A stretch of 64,000 nucleotides of DNA from Klebsormidium nitens. Its lineage: Eukaryota > Plantae > Klebsormidiophyceae. Below, in pieces: positions 36,860-50,014 of the stretch. Within the stretch, counting starts at the first letter, position 1. Every line of letters begins with the position of its first letter. Location: contig DF237184.1 of assembly GCA_000708835.1 (NCBI GenBank), forward strand, positions 62,001 through 126,000. Reading direction: 5' to 3'. The notes beneath the pieces are model-generated. The model was not told where the DNA came from, ran no database searches, and worked only from the letters and a program-made list of their open reading frames with translations. The translations under genes and the position numbers were made by a program.

Positions 36860-39800
36860 ATGGCAAATTGCTTTGCGTGCTTTGCTCGGTCTGATAAGGA
36901 GGAGGCTCCCGAGGACGATCGGAGTGCACCGGGGAGACAGCATGGAGCGCCGGCCCGTAAGGTGTTGCCAGGTGAGGCACTTGTGAACCTCAGGCAACGT
37001 GCGAGTCTCGTTCATGTAGCCATCAAAGAGCATGAGCCATGGATCTCAGAGCTTTTGCTTCCTGTTCTTGATTGATGAGGGGCTGGAGATCAATGTTTGC
37101 AAGCCTCTTGTGCGGTACTGGACAAGATACCCAGCTGATCAGATGCTGTACTTATATGATTTGGGCGGCATCCACTTTTCGGGTTGTTTGTAGCTAGCTA
37201 ACAAGAGTGAGCTTGGGTGGTTGCTGCTCGGGCTTGTGATACAGCTGCTGCTTGTGGTTGGTGCTTAGGTGTCACCAATCTCAATGTGGACATCACTCTT
37301 GTTTGCTGAACAACGGCGTCGTACTCTTCAATTTTGCATCATAGAAGCACAACTTTAGGTTTGCTTAAAGTGAATCGTTCCAGCACCCAGCTCTAGGGTT
37401 TCTCAGCTCGACAATCGTGACACACCGAGAGCAACAAAAGAAGTTAGGTTCAATTTGCGTTGTCTTGATACAGCTTCCTATGAGGAAGGGATGTTATGCT
37501 GCCAGTGCCTTTCAGTGGTTGCAATAGATGGCCTTCAGCTGCTTGTTAGCAAGTTGAAAGCAATCTGGAAGCAATGCGGCAATGTCGCATCATTGGGAGT
37601 TGTGCTCCAAGTTCCTTTTTGAAGCTTTGAGCTCATTTGTGAGGTTTCTCAATCAATCTGACACCATTGAACCTGGACACTTTTTGATTGCTCCACTCCT
37701 GTTAAACAAGCCTTCAATGTTGGCCTTTATTGGCATCAAAAAGATTCCGGTTAAGCTGAAGCACAAGCCGCTTCCTTTATGCTCGTATTGTCGTTTGTGA
37801 ATCTCCATAGTCTCAGAAGACCAGCATCAATGTCCGCATAGCCCCAAGCTTTATTTCCCACTGCATACGCGGTCTCCATATCTTTCTGTCGGTGTAAGCA
37901 GTGTACTTATGCTGGTCTGCTAGTGAGTAAGCATAAAACTGCAAAGCTTCTGTAAGATTGTCTCCCTTTTTCTGTTATCACAGGTATATCTGTTGCCAAT
38001 GTGTCCGATCTCTGCCCAATGTTCGTGGCTTAAATGTTCGTCAATGTTCATCAACATCTCTCCCAAAATGCTCGGCTCTCCATTCAGATCCTCAACACCG
38101 AAGATTTTCCCCGGTCTACAGTACACCACTGCACTAGTCATGTTTGCTTTTATCCTCCTCGACATTTTTGATTAAGTAGTTTCCACCTTTTGTGCTCAAT
38201 CTTTCTCCCCCTCATTCTCACTACTTGCTTTCCACAATGCAGAGCACGAGATGCTCGTCCCATCCAACGGCCCTATTATCGGCACTCCCGCGCACCCCAA
38301 CGCCCGCCTCGGCCGCCTCCCCTCCAAAGAGCCCGAGGAGCACTTTGCGTCCCACCCAGAAAAGTCGCCGGCGCAGATTTTCACCTTCCGGGAACTGCAA
38401 GCAGCCACTCGGGACTTCCGGCCTCAGAACCTGCTCGGGGAGGGCGGGTTTGGCAGGGTTTACAAGGGCCGGTTAGAGCGGACGGGGCAGATTGTGGCCG
38501 TGAAGCAGCTGGATAGGACGGGCCTGCAGGGCAATGCGGAGTTCCGAGTGGAGGTGTCGATGCTCAGTCTGCTGCACCATGAGAACCTGGTGAACCTGAT
38601 CGGATACTGTGCGGATGGGGATCAGCGGCTGCTGGTGTATGAGTTCATGCCGCTGGGGTGCCTGGAGGATCATCTGCATGGTGAGGCTTTGGAGCTTGAG
38701 GGTGTTCGGAAGCAGATTGCTGGGTCTCAGGGTTAAGAGTGAGCCTAATCTCAAGGCTTGAGCAACCTGGGCGTGGCGATAGGTGCTGATTGCCGACCAG
38801 GCGCTTGCCAATGATCCAGCATAAAGGGGCCTGTAATGTGTTCAAGCGTAAGGAGGGCGCTGCCAGACATGTTGGAGGACTTTGCATTTTGATCGGCTAC
38901 AATGTGGCTGTTGATCGGCGCTCCTCGGCTCTGTATTAGCTGGTTTGTTTTCTTCATTGCTCTCTAGAATAGGGGGTCCTGCAAGATGGTGGTTCAGCTA
39001 GAGCCTGGACCGCGTGTCTGTATAGTAGCAGGGAGCCTTGCTTATGTCTACTACGAGGGTGTGGATTAGTGTCTTTCATTCTGGGCCAAGAGTCGCAGAA
39101 CTTTTCTACTCTTTCTGCGGTGTTCAGCAAGGCAGCTCTGGAGGCAGCAATGTGCATGAGGTTTGTTCCAAACCTCAATTGGAAACGTTCGATGTTTGCA
39201 GGTCTGCGTTCCTGTAAACTTTTGATACTTTGCCAACTGTCGCCTTCAATGGCCCATACGGGGTTTGAGTAGGGCCCATACGGAGTTTGAGTAGGCATTT
39301 GTGACTATCTCCAGCAGCACCTCAGTTGCTCAAGTTCACGTGGCTCGTGATATTGCGTCCTCAGTTGATAACCCTCGCAGTCAATTAATGCTAGCCAAAC
39401 CCTGATCTACACAACTCCCATCAAATGTACGTGTCCATGTTTTGGACACTTCTCTGAGCGCACAGTGGACCCCCTGTCACAGACCCTTGCTGCATCCTCA
39501 AACAGCTTTGGGTGTAGGGCTTTAGGCTAGTACTCCAAAAGATTGCGGTGTATCGACACCTCCTCCAAGGTGGACTCCGGCCCTTTTGTCCTCAAGAAGA
39601 AAGTCACGATTGGAGAGCCTCTGCGGGACCTATTCAGCCAGTGCTCCGTGGCATAGTTAGCCACTGCTCTGCGGACATAGTCAGCCAGTGCACATCTGGT
39701 GTCCTTTGAGACGATTCTAAGAAGATGTTCCATACATTCAGTTGAACCATCTGGCAATACAGATTAGACAACTTTGAAATCTCACCTCTTTACCCCACTC

Positions 39801-42546
39801 CCCGCAGACGTCCCCCCCGAGCGCGAGCCCCTCGACTGGTACACCCGCATGCGAGTTGCGTATGGCGCCGCCAAGGGCCTCGAGTACCTGCACGACAAGG
39901 CGGACCCCCCCGTCATTTACCGCGACTTCAAATCGTCCAACATTCTGCTCGATGTCGGGTTCCATCCGAAGCTCTCCGACTTCGGTCTCGCGAAGCTCGG
40001 GCCGACGGGGGACAAGACGCATGTGTCGACGAGGGTCATGGGAACATACGGTTACTGCGCGCCGGAGTATGCGATGACGGGGCAGCTGACGACCAAGAGT
40101 GACGTGTACAGCTTCGGCGTGGTGCTGCTGGAGCTGATCACGGGACGGCGCGCGATTGACAGCTCGCGGCCGCGGCAGAGCAACCTGGTGGCCTGGGTAA
40201 GTCTAGAGTGCAATAACAGGACTTGTGGGGTTTGAAGAGACATTTTGCACGGACTTCATGGGAACAGGATTCGAACATGGTCATGTCATTGATTGTTCTG
40301 TGAAAGCTGCTGTTGTTGACGCCCTCAGATCAACAACTGGAGTCGAAAGTTATTTTGCCACAAAAATGGCGTCAGTAGATAAAATGGATCTGATCCTGCT
40401 TTGCAAGTACGTCGAGTGGCCGTCCAGGAATGGGACATGTATGTACATGCTTCCTTGAATTGTGCTGCTGATCACAGACGTTCTCCTTCAGCGGTTGCTT
40501 CTTGTTGAAGATCGGAAGGTTTAGCTGAGTTGGAGACAAGCCTCCTTTTTGCCAGAACATGGCTTTTGCAGGAGGTCAAAAGTTACAATCTATGTGGTTG
40601 ATTGAGTTTTTCTGGTGTAGTAGTCAGTTTCCTGAGAGCGTCCTCTGCTCTTGCAGGCGCGCCCCCTGTTCAAGGACCGGCGCACATTCCCAAGCATGGC
40701 AGACCCGTTGCTGCAGGGCCGCTACCCGATGCGAGCGCTCTACCAGGCTATGGCAGTAGCCGCCATGTGTCTGCAGGAAACCGCCACCCTGCGGCCCCAG
40801 ATCGGTGACGTGGTTATGGCCCTTAACCATCTCGCTAACCAACGCCAGGAGCCCGGGGAACCCGGACGACGGACCTCGCGGGAGATCCCACGGGCTGGAC
40901 CCCGGGGGATGACCACTCCGGAACGACGCGGGGGCGAGGAGAGAAATGGAGACAGGTTGAGGGGGGGGTACGAAAACGTGCGGCAAGCGGGGGGGCGGAG
41001 GCGAGAGGACGAGAACTGTGGGGGGAGGAACTGGGAGCGCGAGAAGGGCATCTACTTCCGGGGGGGTCAAGAGGGCCGGCAGGAGACCCCCCGGCGGCGG
41101 GACGACGAGTTTGGGAATGGGGGCGAGCGGAGCGAGTCGAGCCACAGCCGGAAGCCGAGCGGCGACGGCAGCGAGTCGTACCGGTCTGAGGACACGTTTG
41201 AAGCGGAACGGGGGGGTGTGAAGGCCGCCGAGCAAGACCCCCTGGGAGACGGAGACAGCGCCCGGGCGAGCCCCCAAGTCGAGCGGTTCGTTCCCGCCCC
41301 CCTCCAGCAGGAGTACGCGTACCCCCCCAGCACGAGAGAGCACCCCGCGTTTGCGGGGACGGCGAAGAGCGCGATCCTGGAGCGGATGTCGTCATGGGAG
41401 GCGCGGCGGGGGAGGGGGGGCCCGGCAGGGACGTTGAGGCACAGGGTGCTGGACCGCACTCAAGACAGGGAGGCGGCGGCGCGGCAGGCGCGAGTTGTGG
41501 AGATCCCGGAGAGAGGTGCGGGTGGGGAGGGGTCGATCGCTGCTGAGAGTCCGCGGGAAATGCCCCTGGGGTGGGACCTGCAGAGCGAGGCAACGACGCT
41601 GTCAGCGGAGGACCGGGGCCAGGCCGTCTTCGACCTCGAAGTGCCGGAGGCGTCGTTGCAGGAAACGTTTGGGGTTGCGGCGCCGGGCCGGATTGAGATG
41701 GGATACGGGTTTGGACAGGATGAGCCGGGGAGGGGGCCCGGCGCCGCGGCCGGGCAGCAAGACGCTTTTGGCAGCGTGGTGTACCCAGAGGTGCCAGACC
41801 GGGGGTACCACGACTTCGGTAGGCTAAGCATCGACGAGCGAGCAAGCGCTCTTGAGCCTCCGTTGGTGGGGGCAGGGGCCGCAACAGAGTTGCCTCTCTC
41901 CAACGGCGGGGCCAACGCTTTCCCTTCGGAGACCGCTGCGGAACCCTTTGAGCCGGCTGTGGCGCAGCAAAAAGTGGCAGATTTGGGTGGGGGGGAGAAG
42001 GAGCCAACGGATCAAGCGGGCGGAAGCTCCGAAGCTCCGGCCGAGAAGCCCGTCGGGTTTCTGGCGATTCCCAGCTTCAAGGCCAGGCAGGAACAGGCGC
42101 TCGACGCTGCGGGGCGGGTCGCATTTCTCTGGCAGCAGCAGCAGCAGCAGTCGCCCCCGCCCGTGCGGCCAACTCCCGCAAACCCGTTCGACTTGTCCGA
42201 AGAAAGTCCGCAGCCCAGCAGGGCGCGGAGCCCAGTCACGGTCGAGAGTCCGCGAATCGTCCACATGGTCGAGAGTCCGCGAATCGTCCACATGGTCGAG
42301 AGTCCGCGAATCGTCCACACGGTCGAGAGTCCGCGAATCGTCCAGAGCGTCCGGAGTCGGCCGCGGACGCCAGAGCGGCTTATGCGGTTGGACATGCCCC
42401 GGGACTCTCTAGAACGCGTTGACTTCGTGGCGGAGCCGGGTGCAAGTGGGGAGCCGTCGAGGTTGGAAGAGTACGCATGGGCCCAGCCGCAGGATCCGAG
42501 CAATGGACGACGCCCGGGATCGTTTGGTGTCGGGGGAATGGGATAG
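36860..42546 (+). CDS. PBS1: PBS1/PBL-like receptor-like cytoplasmic kinase (RLCK-VII) with a long C-terminal extension
   Basis: Exons 36860-36971 (MANCFACF...), 38243-38680, 39808-40196, 40657-42546. Intact kinase motifs: [79 protein letters not shown]. The symbol is a family-level call, not proven orthology. Confidence 0.93.
42241..42348 (+). repeat. Coding 27-bp tandem repeat x4 (VESPRIVHM-like)
   Basis: gtcgagagtccgcgaatcgtccacatg x2, then ...cacacg and ...cagagc, in frame in the kinase tail. Confidence 0.95.
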
Positions 42547-43777
42547 CCGCCAGCCGCCCGTGTCCAAGTGGATGAGCCCCCTGGCATTGGGCTGCCGGGA
42601 CCTTCCCTTGTATCTCTTGCAAGGAAGACTAACCGCAAGCTGAGCCCGAGGGAAAGGTCTCCTCAAAACGGGTACCTGTATGACAGCTTTGACGGCACTC
42701 GCGGTCCACGGTAGTGCCCGGCCATTAGCTAATCAATGAGTAGAGGAAAATTTGCGCGACAGATATTTCTGCCTTTGAACAGAGTGTCGGACTCTTTGAT
42801 TTCTGTGGTAGTTAACGCTTGCGAAGAAAGATTGACCAGCTATGCGACAAAGGTCTTGCGGCTGGAAGGCTGGATCAACCATGTTCTACGATGCCATACT
42901 TCGAAATGGTGTGGAGGCGGGAGTTTTGTTAGCTTTGATCATAGGGTCCCCCAAGGTTGACGGTGTCTAAATAAAACATTGTGGTAAGCTTAATACATAC
43001 TCATTGAGGGCCAACTTGAACAGAAGTTGCTTTAATATATCTATTCATGTCTCACGTATAGAAACTGGGCATAAATACAGGCTTGTACAAATTCACCATC
43101 AGTTGTGCCAAAGCTTTATTACACGCATCAGTTCAAAGTCATGCCAAACAAAGACGTGCAAGCCATATATTGCATATCATTGCGGCTTGCAAAATATTCC
43201 GGATAAAGTCGCCAAGTCTTATACCAATTGCGTACGTTTCTTTTCCGAACCCCATTCTTAGACTGAGTCAACGGCCGCAACATTTGCATTGCTTATTTCC
43301 ACAGCTCCCGGGCTTGGATGATGGCCGGCGCATGGAGGGGGCCATGTGCAATTTCAAAATCGAAGTGTGCTATGCATGGGTATGACCGGACATGGTACGT
43401 ATGGTATACCAATCAGCGCTAGGTAGAAGGCAGAATTATGCGGGGACCGTCCTATAGTGCTACTACTAGCCAGTGGCTATAACTTTACCTAATTCAACAC
43501 CCAACTTATAAGAAGTGACCATACATCGTGGTAGTTGAGAATCGTCGATCATACTCATTTCTTATCGGACGGCAATTAGTATTGCGTTTGGAAACGGGAC
43601 CTCAGCTTCTCGCAAGACGTGGCATTTACATTTGCGGCCCACGTGCCGTCCACAAGCTCAAGAAGAGATTTTATCCGTCGAGATCTTTTTGTTCAAAATC
43701 AAAGCCTGAGCTCAAAAGAAGGAACACTGTCGTCATGCAGGATGCCTGGTGCCACGGTGCACAGCTGAGGCTGTGGG

Positions 43778-43814
43778 GTGTTTGGCTGTGTTTGCGGCAA
43801 ACACAGCCAAACAC
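43778..43814. repeat. Perfect 18-bp inverted repeat with a 1-nt spacer upstream of the DUF4079 gene
   Basis: gtgtttggctgtgtttgc-g-gcaaacacagccaaacac, about 150 bp upstream of the ATG at 43961. Confidence 0.9.
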
Positions 43815-43960
43815 AGGCAAACTTTGCTTGTCCAAGACTTGGACTGAGAGTCAGAGTCAGAGTCAGAGACACAGGAAGTACCTACCTTTTTTAGGTATTT
43901 TCAGGATCCATCATCCCAAAGGCAAACTCTAGTACGCTCTCAAACGTCTCTGGAGCGAAA

Positions 43961-46694
43961 ATGGCGCAAGCAATGGCCACTGTCTCTCAGTTGGCACGGA
44001 TCCCCTGCATTGCTGTGCAGAAGTTGAATACAAGCACCACATCTTCTTCTTTGCATGCGGTTCCCCTGCGCTCAACCCATGTACCATCTCCTTCTACCAC
44101 TTTGTCCTTCTCTTCTTCCATCAGATCTTTCCCCGCTTCCAGAGGCTTCAAGAAGCAAAGTTCTTCAAACAGAAAGCCCGTTGCCGTTGCTCAGGCCACA
44201 GATTCGTCTAGGAGCGAAGCAGCACCCTCAGCCGCGAACGCTGAGTTGGATGGCCTCTTTGAGGGCTTATCATCGACCGATAAGATGATTCTATCTTTGG
44301 CGGCCGCCATCACTCCAATGCTGCTAGCAGAGGTATAACGCTTACCCTGCTTTTATCGCCTATTAGGTTGGGTGGCCTTGCAGAGCCTGAAGTGACAATC
44401 ACTTATTCTCAGGGAATCAGGCGTTGTTGCAAGTCAGTACCAAGGTGTTCGAGATTTGGCGCAGATCAATCCGTACCATGCAAATAGAGCATTTTGACTA
44501 GCAGATTCGTAGGACTTTGATTTACCATGCACATGAACATCAGTACGTCACCAAAGCAACAAGTTGTGTGACTAGGTTGTGGCATGTTCGTAGGGGTCCC
44601 ACGATGCAGAACAAAAGTAAGATGCAAATGTAGTTTTGGCTTAGAGGCCTGTCGTAGTAACAGGAGGCCTAATGTGCATCGTTCTCTATGCTTCAAGTAT
44701 TGCTACGGTACAGTGCAATGCTGTCATCTTAGCGTTGCAGAATGTGGCTCCAAAGTCTCTAGACAATTTTTTACAGGCCTTGGGAGTCTGAAAGATTGAC
44801 ACCATCATGGCCAGGGAAAAAACGCTTTGGTAAACTTTCTTTGTCCATCTCTTAGTTTTTTCTGCTTTTCTCTGACTGCCTACTTCTATCTATGCCTGGC
44901 TTCTGACAAATCTTTCTTCTCCTCTCCAGGATGCATCTGCCGACATTCTGAAGGGCCGTATTGCCTCGCTGACGCATCCCGTGGTTATGTTCCTGTTGCT
45001 GGCCACCACATTGTGGACCGGTTACCTGGGGTGGCAGTGGCGGCGAGTGCGCACAATCCAGGATGACATCAGCGAGTTGAAGAAGCAGCTGCCACCCAAG
45101 GGGGAGGACGGGAAGGTCCCAGCGTCCCCTGTAGATGCGCAGATTGCCGCCCTGACTGAGGTGAGTGTCCGGCAGTGTTTGCTCAGCTAGACTTCAAGAT
45201 ATGATCAATGTGAGGCAAGGGCAATGGCGCAATTGCCCTTGTCAAAACTCAGTGCGTGATGAGACCTCAGGAAAAGCTTTAAGACAACGGGGCCTTGGCG
45301 GGGCTCCCCAGTGATGAGAACGCTTTCACTTATCCCTGAATCTGGCCATCTTGTGTTGGCATGCTCCTTCAGCCTTCTTCTCTGTGTTGCATTGTTTTGG
45401 TATCAGGATCTTGCGCAGTGCAGTGGTTGGTGGAGTCTTTTCAAAACCTCGTCAAAACATATCGCTGCAATTGTGTCCTCTACCTGCAAGGCTATTTGAA
45501 TTCTTTTCACTCTGTCCTTCTTGCTGACAGGGGTTGTGATCATGGTAAGCTGTCGAGAATCAAACTTCATAGAAGGTCATAGAAGTTGCCGAGTGAGTCG
45601 TTCAAAGCATCGCGTGTCTCCAGGGAAATTCCTGTGTGAGTCCTTCTTGTAGAGTGTGTCCTTAGAGCCTTATGTCAAGTTGAATTCGTTCAGTGGATCG
45701 TGGGCCTGACAAGTGAAATGCATCCAGACGAAGCAGGTATTTCATCAAGCTCCGGGGTGAACACTTATAGCAATTCGCCTTGCTTTTGCAGACTAGGAAA
45801 GAGTTGCTGAAGGGGGGCTTCCGGGACCGTCACTTCAACGTGTCGTCCCTTCTTCTGGGCGGCGGCACCACCTTTGCCATTGCTGGGGCGTATAACACAT
45901 TCCTGAGGACGGGCAAGCTGTTCCCAGGGCCCCATCTTTATGCAGGAGCAGGTAAGAGAACAAAGTTCCGCCTCTTCAGTGGCTTGACTGGTCGGCTGAA
46001 GAGTCTCAAGGAGGTCTACCACAAAGTGATGTTGCTTGGCGGTTTTGATTGGAGCATCTTCTACTCGCTGTTGGTCTTGAGAGCTCTTACATCGAAAACA
46101 CTCTACGGACCCGTTTCCAAGGTAAGACCACAGAACCCACATAACAAGTTCATGTCACACGAGCTTGGAATATCTGACTCGATTCTGGAAAAGAAAACAG
46201 CCGTTTGCTACCTTCTGGAGCTGACGTTGCTTCGTTCGTTGCGAAAAGTGTTCGTTTAGCGCACCCGTTGGTCGAAGGAAGGTGTCACAAAGCAGTCGCA
46301 TTTTGCACTAAACTTAGGTGCGTTGGCAGGCCCTCAATGAGATTTTCTGAAAGTGGGCGTTGGCCATGCATCGAAACAGCGGATAGCGCTATGCAAAGTC
46401 TTCCAAAAATTGCCGTCCAAGATTAGACCGTGAAATTGTGACATAGTCGGTGGTAGCGCTGATATAGGCAAGTTCCGACGCCCACTTCTTATTGTCGGTG
46501 CTTTCTCGTTTGCAGTCATTGTCATTCTGTGGGCACTGGCAGCGGCACTGGTTCCGGCTATGCAGAAAGGAAACGACACTGCAAGAAGCGTCCACATTGG
46601 GCTGAACGCAGTCAACGTCGGCCTCTTCCTGTGGCAAGTGCCAACCGGTCTTGAGATCGTTTGGAAAGTTTTGGAGTTCACGACCTTCCCGTAA
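43961..46694 (+). CDS. Plastid DUF4079-family membrane protein
   Basis: Transit-peptide-like exon 1, then HPVVMFLLLATTLWTGYLGWQWRRVRTIQ, RKELLKG.FRDRH, NTFLRTGKLFPGPHLYAGA and ALVPAMQKGNDTARSVHIGLN..LFLWQVPTGLEIV; four GT-AG exons; stop at 46692-46694. Confidence 0.92.
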
Positions 46695-47212
46695 GGCTGC
46701 CTGCTGAACACTAGGTTGAGTTGTGCAAGAAAGTTTTGAGTGTTGAGTTGACGAATTCTAATCGATGGTTTAACATGGAAGATCGTGACCGAGATTCAAT
46801 CAAAGACTTTGACTCAGTCGGAACCTTAAATAAAGCTCGACTTGATTTTATCTAACTATCACATCACCGGAGAGCAAAGATGCTAACTGAATGTAAAGCG
46901 GCCTGCAAATTAGGGGACCGGTGCGCATGCTGCACGAGAAGGCCCATGGCATATCATCGCGTGTATAAGTAATGCAATCGCACACACATTGAGTCGAGCA
47001 CATGATGGACATCAACGTGGTGCAGTGTGAGATATTATATCACATGTGCACTTTGCAAATAGTCAACCGTACCTGGTTAACATATGATCACATGCACGGA
47101 ACTGGCCGGCAACATACAACATGCATGTGCGCGGCTGAGCAGGTTTTACCTGCAATACCGCCATCATGCACGGCTGCCACCCGTGGTGGTCAGCTGCGCG
47201 GCTACATGTGTG

Positions 47213-47982
47213 CACAAGCTACCTATGGTGGGTCTCGACGGTATCGACCGCGCGACGGTCGGGTCTCAAATTTGTATGACCGGTGTCACGCGTCGCGACA
47301 CATTTTGTACGCAGTACTAACGATCGTACTCGGCCGTACTAGAGAATCGGGTCCGAATTCATGAATCGAGCTTTTCCTGACACGTCGATCAAACGGGCAA
47401 TTACGTACTACCCGGAGGTACGGTACCGTCGCGCGAGACTCGAGTCTGCGCGGCCGACAAATTTAAATTTCATGGTCTTGGTCGGAACTTCCGACTTGTA
47501 CCGTGCACGAGTACCGCGGTACCCAGACTGAAAGAAGAGTGCAGAGATTTGATATAGGAGTGTAAGAGAAGGCGCTCTTCAAAATCCAACAATGGCGGCC
47601 AACTTTGCGCCTCCTATGCTGCTATTTGAGATTTGTCCTGAACAAAACATGATGTTGGAGCTTCAAAGGACAGCTAATGACGGTCCCCCAACATTTTTTT
47701 TAGCTTGTCAAAGGTTTCTGCATGTTGCATAAGCCGCATCTTAGTGTGGCATTTTCATGCTCCCGTCAAAGTGTAAAATAATACACTTGTTTACAACTTC
47801 ATGACACTCACTTACGGCCGAGCAAAAATTCCTGAGTACTCGAACCGTACATGTTTCGGAAGTCCGACTCAGCGTAACGTGAACCGCCGGTATCACTGAC
47901 AGAATTTGATACCGGGTCCCACAATTTCGTTGCGGTTCGAGTCGGAGTCGACTCGGCCGGAACCCACCGTAGGTAGCTTGTG
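47213..47982. repeat. Degenerate long inverted repeat, possible decayed DNA transposon
   Basis: cacaagctacctatggtggg (47213-47232) matches the reverse complement of 47963-47982 at 19/20 positions; inner pair gtcggaacttccga (47481) and tcggaagtccgac (47856). Confidence 0.55.
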
Positions 47983-48486
47983 TGCGCGCGCGGGGCCGGA
48001 TCGAATCTATCAAGAGTCAAAATTATCCACAGGTGCATGTAGGCCCAGTCCCATGCGCAGCCATCATGTTTCATGGGGTCTTCAGGCTGGGTACTTTCGA
48101 CTACACGCCAAGTCTATATGTAAGTGATATATATGCAGCTATCATGTGGAACTTGTAACAATGCAGTCGGGCGGCTTTAACCATGATCAGCGCGCCTAGG
48201 CTATCATACATGGGGTATATAACATGGAGAGACTTTTTACAGCGTATCCACTGACAGACCCGCGATCGAGGAGCTCTTCTTGATAATCAGATTCCAATCT
48301 AAAAATTAACTTGTAGTGCACAAATCTCGCACGCTGGCAATTCCCTATTGGTTGAATACCGTGTTTTGCTGACCAACTAGCCAAGCAGATTGAAAACTCG
48401 TCATGAACAGACTACAGCGATTTGGCAACGGCTGGGACTTATCCACAATCATCGTCCAGAAGCAGGAGGGGGCTTATCTCTGCCTT

Positions 48487-50014
48487 CTATTGAGTCGTTG
48501 GCATGTCCTCATCTTCGTCAGCATCATCGAATCTGTGTGGATCGCTGGCAACCTGCGGTGAACAGAGGAATACATTGAGCGAAAAATTTCATGGAGCAGT
48601 CTTCTTGAGAAGAAGTGACAAGTTCGAGCCTGACCAGGATCTTGGACGTACAAAGGGACCCCGACGGACCAATTACATCAGGAATGGGTCATCAATACTT
48701 GCTGGAGTTGGCAGATTTGCAACCCAGCTTGCCCCGTCTATCCAAGGGAACCCAACAAGGGTACTGCAAGAACACCAGACTCGCATTTCGATTCGAACCT
48801 AGGTAGTCAGATGATTCGAAAGATTTGACCAACCCGTGCATCCAACCCTCACAGGTTTGATGTTTAAGCATTCCAAACTCAACCAGCTTTCTGAGAAGCG
48901 GTCCAGATGATAACCTGGGCGCTCACCTCATCCCCCTGTTGCGGTGCTTGGAGCAGGCTGTCAAAGTGATCTAGCGCGGCCGCTCTGGACTCATCACCCC
49001 GCACCTCATCCTCATCATAAAAGAACTCCCCTTCCTCATCCTCGTCCTCTGCCTCTGGATCCGGATTCAGCTCCGCGCACTCGCTCATGACTGAGAACAG
49101 GTGGTCCAGCACGCTAGCGTCCTCAGGTATCAAGCGCATCTCAGAAACTGAGGAGAGGTCAGTGATGCCGCCTTCCGAATGCCCGTCTACATCCTCCTCG
49201 CTGTCTTCTTCCTTTTCTACTCCGCTATCAATCTGCAGTGATAGCAGGCTCGTCATGACAGAATTACGACACTGACAGTTTCCGCCCGGGAAACGATTAT
49301 TATTCTTTGGTGATTGAAACAGTCAAAGCACCTCGAAAAGTGTGTGCTTAGGGAGGACCTCGACTGCTCAGATGCCTTATCACCCAATCTGAACTCCAAC
49401 ATTCAGGGATTGCGCCAGATTTCGCACCACCACATACTATCCAGGGAGAGTGGTGGCTTACTTGTGTGTATATACAGGGGCGAGGATACGCCTCTGGATT
49501 TCTGGATATTGCATGTAGGATCAGGGAAGGAAAGTCCACCGCATAATTCCGCCCCTGATCGCTTTGACTGAACCATATGAGGCGCCTGGACAGGAAAGCC
49601 AATGCTTGTTCAGCATCTGGTTAGAAGCAGCCTAGTCACACCTCGCATGAAGAGCCCTGCAAGAGCAAGGGCCAGAATGGTGCAAAAAGACCCCCAGCGG
49701 AAAGCGAGCATTGAGAACATATGCACCACCCAGATCAAGTAGCTGAATGGAATGATGGTGTGGTATCCTTGGGAAGTATCACGACACACTAGAAGCATCT
49801 TCCAAAGATCCTCCAAAGATGCTCCAGGTAATGCTGAGGCTTTGAAAAAATACCTGGTGGTGATATGTAAGGTGCCAATCTCCTCTTGCCGCCCCTCCCC
49901 AAGAGCGATGGCCACATTTGGCTGTGAGTATCGAAGCTCTTCTCCATTGTCTGTGTCCAGCGGAGGACCCCCATCAGGTGCCCGCTGCGATAATTGGTGA
50001 AGGCCCACGGCCAT
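48487..50014 (-). CDS. ICln: Methylosome subunit pICln
   Basis: Four exons: MAVGL...GEELRYSQPNV...GTLHITTR | RLIWFS...YAVDFPSLILHAISRNPEAYPRPCIYTQ | acidic tract, EMRLIPEDASVLDHLFSVMSECAELNPDP | VASDPHRFDDADEDEDMPTTQ*. Confidence 0.93.
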
